Positions 1 through 8,571 of a stretch of DNA of 32,000 nucleotides are shown in pieces; positions within the stretch are counted from its first letter, which is position 1, and each line of letters starts with the position of its first letter. The notes under the pieces were generated by a model. It did no database searches. It had not been told where the DNA came from and saw nothing but the letters and a program-made list of their open reading frames with translations. The stretch comes from Gemmata obscuriglobus (GTDB lineage: Bacteria; Planctomycetota; Planctomycetia; Gemmatales; Gemmataceae). Made by a program: the position numbers and the translations under genes. The stretch lies in assembly GCF_008065095.1 (NCBI RefSeq), contig NZ_CP042911.1:6690001-6722000 (forward strand), read 5' to 3'.

Positions 1-2747
1 CGAACCTTACCGATCGTCGTCAGATCCGGCCCCACCGCGCCGCCCGTGTTCCCGATCTTGTGGCAGTTCGCGCACTTCATTTCCTTGTTGGCGAACAGCG
101 CCGCCCCCTTCTGCGGGTCGCCTTTCAACGTGAGGACGGAAGCGGGCCGTGGGTTCGCCCCCAGCTTTCGCGCGCCGGGAGCCGCGGGCGTGTGCCCCTC
201 GAACAGGTCGCGCACGAGCGGCGTACCGTGCTTCGCAACCAGGGGCGGCAGATCGTCCGCAATTTTGTCATCGATCTTGCCCAGCGCGAGCGCCCGGGCG
301 AACGGCCACGCCTCACCGAAAGTCACATACGCCTTCTCGGGCCGGGTGAGGTCCGGGTTCGGAAACGTCCAGTCCTTCGGCGGGCTCGAAAGTGACGCGA
401 TCCACTTCCCGACCAGGTCGAGCGCGTGCGCGTGCGGGAACTCGGACCCGAGGTGCGGCATCCGCCCGCGGCCGAACTTCGCCATCCGGTAAAACAGCAC
501 GCTGCGGTACGGGTCGCCCGGCGCCACGATGCGCGCGTCCGGCAAACCGAAATCGCCCTGCCGGGGCCGCACGTCGAAGATGCCCGTTTCCCGGAGCGGC
601 TTTGCGGCGTCCAGTTCCAGCACCACCTGACCGCCGCCCCCGCCGAACCGGTGGCAGTGCGCGCAGTTGACGTGCAGGTAGCTGCGTGCCTTCGCGTCGA
701 GCGTGCCGTCGGCCTGGAGCGGCACCAGGGCCGGCTCCTTCTTCACCGACGCGGCGCTGAACGGCGGCAGTACGTGCTCGTTGTCGCCGATGCGGTGGGC
801 GTACCCCTCGGTAGTGAGATGCACCAGTTGGTTCGTGGCCTTCTCACCGCCGAACAGCGGAGCGCGGTTGAGTTGCCGAATGTTGAACGCCAGCGAGTAT
901 TCGGACCACGCGTTGTGGCAGCTCAGGCACTGCGCCCGGCTGTGGAACGTCCACATTTGCTCACGCTTGCCGACCGCCGCCCACGCCCCCTTCTCGGTCT
1001 TGCCACCGGTCGCGACCGTAAACACCTTCTCGCCGCCCTCCGCGGGCACGAGGTCGGCGTCGGACTGGTCGTCGCGCCAGGCGTAGGTGTACCCGCGCCA
1101 GTCCTCCCCGTCGAAGTGCAGGAGTTGCGTCTCCGCCCGCGTTTCGACCAGGTTCTTTTCGCCCAGCACGTCGAGCGTGAGCGTCTTCACGAGCACGGCG
1201 TCCTTCGGAAACCGCATCGCGAAGTTGTGCCAGAACACCTGCCCCGGAAGCGGCCGCGGCTTCTCGAAAAACGACACCGTCGAGAGCCCCGGCAGAGCAA
1301 GCAGATAGTCCGCGGTAGCCCCGTCCTGCCACTGGCGACCGTTGACGTAGAAGGGAATCACCCCTTCGGCGGGTTCGAGCTTCTTCACGTCGGCAAACAC
1401 GCCCGTTTCACTCAGCCGGGTCGGGAACTGCGTGTTGGCGGCGTTGCTCGTGTTGCGTTCGAGGGTGTAAATCGCCCCGCTGTCGTAGTCGCAAATGTAA
1501 AGCTCTCCGTCGGCGTCCTGGCCGAACGCCGACGGCCGAACGGTCGGCTTCATGATCTCGGGCATTTCCGTGAGCCGGCCGCCGTCGAACCGCGCGGCCC
1601 AGACGCGCCGCGTCTCCCAGTCGCCGAAGACATACGCACCCGCCAGTTCGGGGAACTTCTTCCCGCGGTACACGTAACCGCCCGTCACGCTCGCCGCGAT
1701 CGTGTGCGGAAGTTCGATGACCGGCGCGCGGATCGGCGTCGGGCCGATCTTCTGATCGGGCCTCACCGGCTGGCGCGCCTCCGTGATGCTCCAGCCGTAG
1801 TTGCCGCCCTTCTCGACCTTGTGGACCATCTCCCACAGTTCCCAGCCGACGTCGCCGACCCACAGGTCACCGGTCTTGCGGTCGAAGCTCATGCGCCACG
1901 GGTTGCGGAACCCGAAAGCCCAGATTTCGGGCCGCACGTCCTTCAGTCCGACGAACGGGTTGTCTTGGGGAACCGCGTAGTTCTTCCCACCGTCCTTCTT
2001 GTTGATGTCGATGCGCAGAACGGAAGAGAGCAGGTCGGAACAGTCCTGGCCGGTCCCGAGCGGGTCCGGCGGGTTCGGGCTCGCGGCGTCGCCGGTGGAG
2101 ATGTACAGGTAGCCGTCCGGACCGAAGTGCAGGTCGCCGCCGTTGTGCCCGCCGCCGACGAACGTGAGCACGATTTCCTCGCTCGCGGGGTCGAGCCGCG
2201 GCGGGTTCGTGTCCGTCACCTTGAAGCGCGACACGCGCGAGCCGTCCGCGAACCGCCCGTCCTTCGCCGGCGTTTTGGGGTTCAGCGTGTAGCACACGTA
2301 GCAGTGCCGGTTCTTCGCGAACTCCGGGTGGAACGCCAGTCCGTACAATTCACCCACACCCTTGGCACCGGGCAACTTCTCGACCGTCTTCAGTTCCTTA
2401 CCGAAATCGAAGGCCAGTTCCCGCTTCGCGTCTGGCGTGTTCGCGAACGAGTACATGACGCCTTCTTGCTCGCCGACGAAGACGCGGTCGGTGCCGGGGC
2501 ACGGCACAAAGAACACCGGGTGGCGGACTTGTACCTGCGGGAACGCCCGCACCGCCCTGAACTTCGGAGGCGGTTCGGGGCTGCCGGTAACCTTCGACGC
2601 GGTCCACGGCTTCCGCTTCGCGGAGTCGCCCCTCGGCTGGGCGACCTTATCGTCCGCGGCGCGCGTGGGCCAACCGAGCGCGATCAGGGCGAGGACAGTG
2701 AACCCGGTGACGTGAACCGCCGTCCGTGCGAAGGTGCGGGGAGACAT
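1..2747 (-). CDS. PQQ-dependent glucose/sorbosone dehydrogenase-like beta-propeller fused to c-type haem (CxxCH) domains, a PVC-type haem-binding dehydrogenase. The 3' end runs off the left edge.
   Basis: Absent from the ORF track because there is no stop inside the window. My own minus-strand translation from ATG 2747..2745 gives MSPRTFARTAVHVTGFTVLALIALGWPTRAADDK (signal/anchor). It continues with GLAFHPEF, GGGHNGGDLHFGPDGYLYISTGD, EIWAFGFRNPWRMSFD, GDLWVGDVGWELWE, GGNYGWS and SVTGGYVYRG. Three CxxCH motifs follow: CLSCH (915..929), CAHCH (~650..665) and CANCH (60..74). The frame is open down to base 3. Confidence 0.8.
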   Translation of the reverse strand, partial: MSPRTFARTAVHVTGFTVLALIALGWPTRAADDKVAQPRGDSAKRKPWTASKVTGSPEPPPKFRAVRAFPQVQVRHPVFFVPCPGTDRVFVGEQEGVMYSFANTPDAKRELAFDFGKELKTVEKLPGAKGVGELYGLAFHPEFAKNRHCYVCYTLNPKTPAKDGRFADGSRVSRFKVTDTNPPRLDPASEEIVLTFVGGGHNGGDLHFGPDGYLYISTGDAASPNPPDPLGTGQDCSDLLSSVLRIDINKKDGGKNYAVPQDNPFVGLKDVRPEIWAFGFRNPWRMSFDRKTGDLWVGDVGWELWEMVHKVEKGGNYGWSITEARQPVRPDQKIGPTPIRAPVIELPHTIAASVTGGYVYRGKKFPELAGAYVFGDWETRRVWAARFDGGRLTEMPEIMKPTVRPSAFGQDADGELYICDYDSGAIYTLERNTSNAANTQFPTRLSETGVFADVKKLEPAEGVIPFYVNGRQWQDGATADYLLALPGLSTVSFFEKPRPLPGQVFWHNFAMRFPKDAVLVKTLTLDVLGEKNLVETRAETQLLHFDGEDWRGYTYAWRDDQSDADLVPAEGGEKVFTVATGGKTEKGAWAAVGKREQMWTFHSRAQCLSCHNAWSEYSLAFNIRQLNRAPLFGGEKATNQLVHLTTEGYAHRIGDNEHVLPPFSAASVKKEPALVPLQADGTLDAKARSYLHVNCAHCHRFGGGGGQVVLELDAAKPLRETGIFDVRPRQGDFGLPDARIVAPGDPYRSVLFYRMAKFGRGRMPHLGSEFPHAHALDLVGKWIASLSSPPKDWTFPNPDLTRPEKAYVTFGEAWPFARALALGKIDDKIADDLPPLVAKHGTPLVRDLFEGHTPAAPGARKLGANPRPASVLTLKGDPQKGAALFANKEMKCANCHKIGNTGGAVGPDLTTIGKV

Positions 2748-2810
2748 GGTCGCTCTCCGGAGAGTTGGTCAACGCGGCCGAGTATACACTTCCCCACAAG
2801 GGATTTCGCA

Positions 2811-3614
2811 ATGATTCCGTTCGCCGTAGCCGATGCGTTCACCGACACACCTTTCGCGGGCAACCCGGCCGCCGTGTGCCTTCTGAAGGGGTGGCCGTCG
2901 GACGAATGGCTGCGACGGGTCTCACGCGAAATGAACCTGTCCGAGACGGCGTTCCTGGTGCATCGTCAGGGCACCGAGTACGAGCTACGGTGGTTCACGC
3001 CCCAGGTCGAAGTCGAGTTGTGCGGGCACGCGACGCTGGCCTCCGCCCATGTGCTGTGGACCTCAGGCTGTGAAGGCCGAGACGTGATACGGTTCCACAC
3101 AACGAAAAGCGGCGAGTTGCAGGCACGCCGACTCTCATCCGGGGAAATCGCGCTGGATTTCCCCGCAAAGCCTGCGACCCCGTGCGCCCCGCCCGCGGGG
3201 TTACTGGAATCGCTCGGTGCGCGAGCGGTCGCCGTGGCGCGGAACCAGTTCGACTATCTCGTGGAACTGGCAACTGCAGCCGAAGTGCGGGCGCTGGCCC
3301 CCGACTTCACGCAGCTCGCAAAAGTGGAATGCCGTGGGGCGATCGTGACCGCACCTGCGAACGACGCGCCGTTCGATTTCGTGTCGCGGTTCTTCGCCCC
3401 GGCGGTGGGGGTCGACGAAGACCCGGTGACCGGGTCCGCGCATTGCTGCCTGGCAGAGTGGTGGGGCGGGAAACTGAATCGGACAGATTTGACGGGCTTT
3501 CAGGCCAGTGAGCGAGGCGGCGTGGTACGTGTGGTACGCACGAACGGTCGCGTGCAACTGATCGGTCGCGCGGTCGCGGTCACGCGCGGCGAGTTGCTCG
3601 TCCCGCCGGCGTAA
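2811..3614 (+). CDS. PhzF-family (phenazine biosynthesis PhzF-like) isomerase-fold protein
   Basis: This is the C-terminal part of track ORF 426..3614, starting at ATG 2811 with AAGGGA 8 nt upstream. The sequence reads MIPFAVADAFTDTPFAGNPAAVCLL...LSETAFL...RWFTP..EVELCGHATLA...DPVTGSAHCCLAEWW, which matches PhzF-family signature blocks. Confidence 0.9.
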   Translation: MIPFAVADAFTDTPFAGNPAAVCLLKGWPSDEWLRRVSREMNLSETAFLVHRQGTEYELRWFTPQVEVELCGHATLASAHVLWTSGCEGRDVIRFHTTKSGELQARRLSSGEIALDFPAKPATPCAPPAGLLESLGARAVAVARNQFDYLVELATAAEVRALAPDFTQLAKVECRGAIVTAPANDAPFDFVSRFFAPAVGVDEDPVTGSAHCCLAEWWGGKLNRTDLTGFQASERGGVVRVVRTNGRVQLIGRAVAVTRGELLVPPA

Positions 3615-3620
3615 CGCGGT

Positions 3621-4070
3621 TCATTTACCTTCGCCCTTTGCCTCACCGACGGGAACAACCGGACCAGGGGGGACTGGTTCCGGCATCCGCGGAACCGGAG
3701 CGACGACTTGCGGCGTGCCGGGGAACAACTCGACGATGGTCGGCAGTTTTCCGGCACGCAACGGCACGTTGCTCGGAGTTTCCAGGACCAGCGGCGGAAG
3801 CACGGTCGGCGTCCGATACGAACCCCGGTAGGTGTTGTAGATGCTCCCGGGGTAGCCGGTACGGTCGCCGAACGGCCCGTACCCGAGTCCGCCGTAAGGC
3901 GCGACGTGGTACCCGAGGGGACGCGGTACAACCGGGTTGCTCATGCTTCCCAATCCCTGCGAAGCCGACGGCGGCGGGGCGAAGAAGCGGTGACCGGGCG
4001 GCTGCGCTGAAACGACGGGGACAAGAGCCGCCAAGGTCAGCGGCGACAGAAAATAAAGCCGAACGAACAT
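3621..4070 (-). CDS. Secreted Pro/Gly/Tyr-rich hypothetical protein
   Basis: Signal peptide MFVRLYFLSPLTLAALVPVVSAQ. GAAGG lies about 6 nt upstream of the ATG. It sits 54 nt downstream of, and on the same strand as, the TIGR03000 gene. Composition is low-complexity P/G/Y-rich. I recognise no family. Confidence 0.55.
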   Translation of the reverse strand: MFVRLYFLSPLTLAALVPVVSAQPPGHRFFAPPPSASQGLGSMSNPVVPRPLGYHVAPYGGLGYGPFGDRTGYPGSIYNTYRGSYRTPTVLPPLVLETPSNVPLRAGKLPTIVELFPGTPQVVAPVPRMPEPVPPGPVVPVGEAKGEGK

Positions 4071-4124
4071 GTGTACCTTCCCTCATGATGGACGAGGGCG
4101 ATTACCTGCCGCAACGTGCCGCAC

Positions 4125-4793
4125 TCACTTCCGCATGTCCACGGTCGCCTTTTCACCCGCCCGCACGCCGACGGAAAGAGTGGCAGGGCCGCCGGGACCA
4201 TCGACACGAACGCTGACCCGCTTTTCAGCCCCCGGCTCAATGGGGCGGGTCGTAAACGAGTGTCGCGTCCCGGTCTGGTTGGTGTCGATCCCGTCAAATG
4301 ACACGGTCGCACCTTCGGAGGCGATGACCGTAATCGTCGCGGGCGCCGCTTCGCCCGTCGTTGCCGGAACCGGCAGCGGTTGCGGCACAGGGTTCGCCGG
4401 GTCGCCCAGAACCGGATCAACGGGCACAGCATTCAACGGCGGTGCGGGAAGCACGCGGTACGACGGTCCGACCGAATATGTTCGGGGAATCGCTGGTACG
4501 CCAAACGTGCCGAACCCGTAGCCGTAGGGGTTGTATGCGTAGCCACCGTAACCGCCGTAACCGCCGTAACCGTAGCCCAAACCGGAGCCGAACCCGAGAA
4601 CGACAGTAGGGCCACGATACCCGTATCCGTATGGCCCGGCGTAATGCGTATGGTATCCGCCATGCGCGTGAGGCGCACCACCGGGATGCCCGCCGCCCGG
4701 ATGTCCGCCGTGAGGCGGGGCGGCCGACGCAGGTCCAACCGCGAGGAGCGAAGCGGCCAAAGCGGAGCACCAAAAGGCACGAGAGAGTAGCAC
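4125..4793 (-). CDS. Secreted His/Gly/Tyr-rich protein with a C-terminal TIGR03000-type planctomycete domain
   Basis: GTG start with GAGG upstream. Signal peptide MLLSRAFWCSALAASLLAVGPASA, then HGGHPGGGHPGGAPHAHGGYHTHY and a GYGYGGYGGYGGYAYNPYGYGFG tract. The C-terminus ATITVIASEGATVSFDG..TGTRHSFTTRPIEPG...VGVRAGEKATV aligns by eye with the C-terminus of the 23174..24001 protein. Confidence 0.75.
   Translation of the reverse strand: MLLSRAFWCSALAASLLAVGPASAAPPHGGHPGGGHPGGAPHAHGGYHTHYAGPYGYGYRGPTVVLGFGSGLGYGYGGYGGYGGYAYNPYGYGFGTFGVPAIPRTYSVGPSYRVLPAPPLNAVPVDPVLGDPANPVPQPLPVPATTGEAAPATITVIASEGATVSFDGIDTNQTGTRHSFTTRPIEPGAEKRVSVRVDGPGGPATLSVGVRAGEKATVDMRK
4546..4572. repeat. Three tandem copies of the 9-nt unit CCGTAACCG (encodes GGY-GGY-GGY on the minus strand)
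   Basis: Read directly: ccgtaaccg ccgtaaccg ccgtaaccg, inside CDS 4125..4793. Confidence 0.9.
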
Positions 4794-4892
4794 GACGAGA
4801 CCTCACACGCGGCAACGGGAACCCGGTGGGAGGTGCGTCCTGCGGCATGGCCGGGTGCCGTTCATATTGTACCACGATACCGGTCCCGCGCG

Positions 4893-4909
4893 CAACACCC
4901 GAAACACCC
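4893..4909 (+). promoter_or_regulatory. CA-rich ACACC-type leader motif abutting a start codon
   Basis: CAACACCCGAAACACCC|ATG. It contains CACCCGAAACACC, a near-identical copy of the 12-mer found before the prfA and PP2C genes. Confidence 0.4.
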
Positions 4910-5143
4910 ATGTCCCCACTGTTCGCCTGCTTCCCGGTCTGCCTGACGTTCGTCGCGCTCGGGCTGATCGGGGTCGTGATGCTCGCGTTCGGGTTGGGCA
5001 ACCGCATCCCCGGTGACGACGAACCGCCGGCCGCAACAGCCGACGCCAAACCGCACCCGCCGCCGCCGTTGTGGGTGTTCCCGGTGACCCTTCTAATTCT
5101 CGTGCTGGTCATGTTGGTGCTGGCGTGGTACTGGCCCGAGTGA
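4910..5143 (+). CDS. Small (77 aa) two-TM membrane protein, hypothetical
   Basis: Internal ATG of track ORF 4631..5143. MSPLFACFPVCLTFVALGLIGVVMLAFGL...PLWVFPVTLLILVLVMLVLAWYW gives two hydrophobic helices. The ORF portion upstream of this ATG is Arg-rich and overlaps the opposite-strand gene. The CA-rich leader supports this start. Confidence 0.5.
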   Translation: MSPLFACFPVCLTFVALGLIGVVMLAFGLGNRIPGDDEPPAATADAKPHPPPPLWVFPVTLLILVLVMLVLAWYWPE

Positions 5144-5213
5144 TCGAAACCCGCTTCACCCCGCCCGTCATTGCGTATATTGGCCGTTCGATCCGCCTGA
5201 CGTTCTCGGAGCC

Positions 5214-6530
5214 GTGATGCCGTTCAAAGCCTTGGGTCTTCATCCGCTGATCGTCCGCGCCACCCAGGACCTCGGGTACCAGGAGCCGACGCCCGTCCAG
5301 GCCGGCGCGATCCCGGCGGCCCTTGAAGGCCGCGACGTCCTCGCGACCGCGCAAACCGGCACCGGGAAGACCGCGGGGTTCCTGCTGCCGATCCTGCACC
5401 GGCTGCTCGCCCAGCCGCGCGGCGGAACGCGCGCCCTGGTGCTGTCCCCGACCCGCGAACTGGCCGAGCAAATTCAGGACGTGTGTACGGGCCTCGCGAA
5501 GCACACGCCGATCCAATCGGCGCTGGTGGTCGGCGGCCGGCCCGAGGGGCCGCAGGAGCGGGCCTTCCGCGCGGGGGTGGACATCATCGTCGCCACCCCC
5601 GGGCGGTTGCTCGACATGCTTCAGCGGAACGTCGCGAAGCTCGACCGCGCCACCACACTCGTCCTCGACGAGGCCGACAGCCTGTTCGACATGGGCTTCC
5701 TGCCCGACGTGAAACGGATCATGGCGCGAATGCCGGCGCGGAAGCACACGCTGCTCTTCTCCGCAACGATGCCGCCGGTGATCGGCCAGCTCGCCAACGA
5801 GGTGCTGCGCAACCCCGCGGTGGTTCAGATCGGGCGCCGCAGTTCCACGGCCGTGGGCATCACCCAGGCCGCGTACCCGGTTCCCACGCACCTCAAAACC
5901 GCCCTGCTCCGTCACCTGCTGCGCGAGACGGAGATGCCGTCGGTGCTGGTGTTCACGCGGACCAAGTTCGGGGCCAAGAAGATCGCCCGCCAGGTGGCCG
6001 CGGACGGTTTCACGGTAGCCGAACTGCACAGCAACCGTACCCCGTCGCAGCGCACCGCCGCGATGGAGGGCTTCCGCCAGGGCAAATTCCAGGTGATGGT
6101 GGCGACCAACATTGCCGCCCGCGGGTTGGACGTGAACCACATCACGCACGTCATCAGCACGGACGTACCGGACGTGCCCGAAGACTACGTCCACCGGATC
6201 GGCCGCACCGGCCGCGCCGGCGCGACCGGCGACGCGTTCATCCTGTTCTCGCGCGACGAGGAGGACTCGTTGGCCCGGATCGAACGTCAGGTCGGGCAGC
6301 GGCTCCCGCGCGTCACCCTCCCGGACTTCGATTACACGCTTGCGGCCCCGCCCCCACAGCCGAACGGCGCGAAGCCGCCACGCGGCGGGGGCGGTTCACG
6401 CCCGGCGCAAAGTGCCAAGCCGAAAAGTCCGAAACGGCCGCAAGGTCAGGGGCAACCGCAACCGAAAAGAAGTAACACGCCGAAGGGACGGTCGGGAGGA
6501 GGATCGACACGACCGGGTCCGCGAAAGTGA
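5214..6530 (+). CDS. rhlE: DEAD-box ATP-dependent RNA helicase (RhlE-like) with a basic Gly/Pro/Lys/Arg-rich C-terminal tail
   Basis: Q-motif region GYQEPTPVQ, AQTGTGKT (motif I), PTRELA, DEAD, SAT and HRIGRTGRAG. The C-terminal tail reads PPRGGGGSRPAQSAKPKSPKRPQGQGQPQPKRS. The start could be GTG 5214 or ATG 5217. Confidence 0.93.
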   Translation: MMPFKALGLHPLIVRATQDLGYQEPTPVQAGAIPAALEGRDVLATAQTGTGKTAGFLLPILHRLLAQPRGGTRALVLSPTRELAEQIQDVCTGLAKHTPIQSALVVGGRPEGPQERAFRAGVDIIVATPGRLLDMLQRNVAKLDRATTLVLDEADSLFDMGFLPDVKRIMARMPARKHTLLFSATMPPVIGQLANEVLRNPAVVQIGRRSSTAVGITQAAYPVPTHLKTALLRHLLRETEMPSVLVFTRTKFGAKKIARQVAADGFTVAELHSNRTPSQRTAAMEGFRQGKFQVMVATNIAARGLDVNHITHVISTDVPDVPEDYVHRIGRTGRAGATGDAFILFSRDEEDSLARIERQVGQRLPRVTLPDFDYTLAAPPPQPNGAKPPRGGGGSRPAQSAKPKSPKRPQGQGQPQPKRSNTPKGRSGGGSTRPGPRK

Positions 6531-6930
6531 CGCCCGGGCGATCGGGTATTGGTCCCCACACACCTCGCCCGAACGTGTCACGCGGTCGCTTTCGGGGCGC
6601 GGCGGTGTCACACTTGAGCTGAATCTACGACACGCCAGCGTTGTGCGGGCCGCGCCACCGTTCCGAATCGGCCGAGCGCCGCACAACTTACAGCTCCTGT
6701 GCAGTACAATATAGGGTCACATTGCGACCCCTGCACGAATAGTTTTTTGTTCGCAACCGATCCGAAATATCGCGTACAATCAGAATGCCTACGGCGCTAG
6801 CTCGCGAGCGCTTTGTGTTCCTGCCGAGCCCTGTTCCCGCACCAGCGGCCCGGTCCATTTTTGCACCGCGACGCGATCACCGGAGGCTCCCCCCTCACCA
6901 CTCCCAATTGTACATTGGAGGGCCCGTGCG

Positions 6931-8133
6931 ATGATTTTCCGTCTCAAGCCGAACGCCACGCCATCGAATACTCGCCCCGGTTCGCGTCTCAGGTTGGAGC
7001 ATCTGGAACAGCGGGATGTGCCCGCAGCCGACAGCCTCGCGTTCGTCACGTTTAACGGCGCGGCTGACTCCACGGTCAACGTCTACAGCGCGTCCACCAC
7101 CATACCCCAACTGCCGACGATCACGCCGTTCGCGGGCTACCGCGGCTCGATCGTGGCCGCCACGGGCGACGTCAACGGCGACGGCGTGTCTGACGTGATC
7201 GTCGGCGCGCAGATTCCGGACGGACACGTGAAGGTGTTCGACGGCGCCACCGGCGCCACTCTGGAGAGCTATTTGGCGTTCCCGGGCTTCAACGGCGCGG
7301 TCAGCGTCGGCGCCGGCGACGTGAACGGCGACGGCGCGGCCGAAGTTCTCGTATCCGCCGACGCCAGCAACGCGCACGTCAAAGCGATCGGTGCGCAGGG
7401 CCAGGTGCTGGCGAGTTTCTTCGCGTTCCCGGGTTTTCTCGGACACGTCTCCGTGAGCGGCGGCGACTTCAACAACGACGGCACGGACGAAATCCTCATC
7501 GGCGCCGGCGGGACGGGTGTGAACGGCCGCACGGCTATCTTCAACGCGAGCGGAGCCGTGTACGACGCCGGGTTCTTCGCGTTCCCCGGTTTTGACGGCT
7601 CCGTCAGTGTTGACGCTGGGGACGTGGACGGCGACGGCATTGCGGACATCGTCGTTGGCACCGGCCCGGGTTCGGCCGGCGGCACGATCAAAGCGTTCAG
7701 CGGGTCCGGGTTCTCACAGATCGGCAGCTTCGTCGCTTACGCCCCCACCGTAACGAGTGGTGTTTCGGTGCGGGTGGTGGACAGGAACCTGGACGGCCGG
7801 CGCGACATTTTCGTCGCGCGGCAAGGCGGCAACTTCATCGGCCTGGCCGGTTTTTCCAGCCTCGCACCGCAGTTCCACGGGGTGTCCGCGGGCAACGACG
7901 AAACTAGCTTCGGAGCGGCGCTCGGGTTCCCCGGCGACCCGGCGGCGGACATTGCGCCGATCGTCGTTTCCGACAACAGTTACGCATCGGTCGTCGCATC
8001 GGTCGTCGCAACGGCGGCACCGTCCGACAACGGCCTCGTCGGCACGGACGACTTCTCGCAGTTCGGCGTAGCGGGCGAGCCGCCCCCGTTGGGCGAGGTG
8101 CCGTTTAGCGATTTCTCAGCAGAAATCCTGTAA
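6931..8133 (+). CDS. FG-GAP/VCBS-repeat (integrin-alpha-like beta-propeller) protein
   Basis: ATG with GGAGGG 8-9 nt upstream. The repeat FPGF.G.VSV..GDVNGDG..D/E..VGA occurs at least 5 times. The N-terminus carries RLRLEHLEQRDVPA. Confidence 0.85.
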   Translation: MIFRLKPNATPSNTRPGSRLRLEHLEQRDVPAADSLAFVTFNGAADSTVNVYSASTTIPQLPTITPFAGYRGSIVAATGDVNGDGVSDVIVGAQIPDGHVKVFDGATGATLESYLAFPGFNGAVSVGAGDVNGDGAAEVLVSADASNAHVKAIGAQGQVLASFFAFPGFLGHVSVSGGDFNNDGTDEILIGAGGTGVNGRTAIFNASGAVYDAGFFAFPGFDGSVSVDAGDVDGDGIADIVVGTGPGSAGGTIKAFSGSGFSQIGSFVAYAPTVTSGVSVRVVDRNLDGRRDIFVARQGGNFIGLAGFSSLAPQFHGVSAGNDETSFGAALGFPGDPAADIAPIVVSDNSYASVVASVVATAAPSDNGLVGTDDFSQFGVAGEPPPLGEVPFSDFSAEIL

Positions 8134-8157
8134 CCGCGGGTTCTGACGGCACGGTTC

Positions 8158-8191
8158 GACCGGGGCGACCGCCCCGGTCGGATGGTTTTCC
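8158..8191 (+). terminator. Candidate intrinsic terminator after the FG-GAP gene
   Basis: GACCGGGG (8158..8165), loop cgaccg, CCCCGGTC (8172..8179), followed by GGATGGTTTTCC. It lies 25 nt after the stop codon. Confidence 0.55.
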
Positions 8192-8571
8192 TCCCGATCG
8201 AATCGCGAGCACTTGAGGTAATACGCGCACCGGCCGAGTGGTACATCACGCCAGTCCTGATTGCCACGCGATAATCCAGTCGTTTCAAGTTTGTTGGCTC
8301 TGCGTCCCCGCCTGCTGACGCAGGCGGGAGGTAACCGGAGCGTGTTCAGTCGTGCAATTGATCTCGTCACGGCTGTCGCCAATTTGAAATTACTGGCACC
8401 CCATTTCGTTCTGTCAGCGTTGTCACCTTCTCGCCACACACGTGTTTTCATCCTTCGCCTGGAACGGCCCTCATCCGGTCACCGGGAACGGCCCCGAGCC
8501 GCGGTTTTTGGCTGAACTACGGCTACACCTGAACTACCGTTTTGCGAGGGCACGAGCGCAGGAGCCGGGCG

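Noticed and set aside
426-2810. 5' two-thirds of the 1062-aa plus-strand ORF (426..3614)
   Set aside because: The composition is Arg/Val/His/Gly-rich with no motifs. It is antisense to a motif-rich minus-strand gene (1..2747). Only the part from ATG 2811 (PhzF) is protein-like.
5109-6194. 361-aa minus-strand ORF, plus the alternative-frame ORF 5483..6475
   Set aside because: Both overlap the DEAD-box helicase gene. They have no motifs and are Arg/Gly/His-rich.
6690-6790. Two TACAAT boxes and a hairpin plus T-run (GGGTC..GACCC..TTTTTTG) between the helicase and FG-GAP genes
   Set aside because: A terminator and promoter are plausible here. However, the -35 spacing is poor (19 nt) and the stem is only 5-6 bp, so this is too weak to list as features.
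8192-8571. Possible tRNA, ncRNA or small ORFs in the ~440-nt lower-G+C spacer (including the CCCGCCTGC/GCAGGCGGG hairpin at 8307..8328)
   Set aside because: I found no T-loop or anticodon-arm architecture on either strand. ORFs 8116..8451 and 8261..8515 have implausible composition. I treat it as a promoter or regulatory spacer only.
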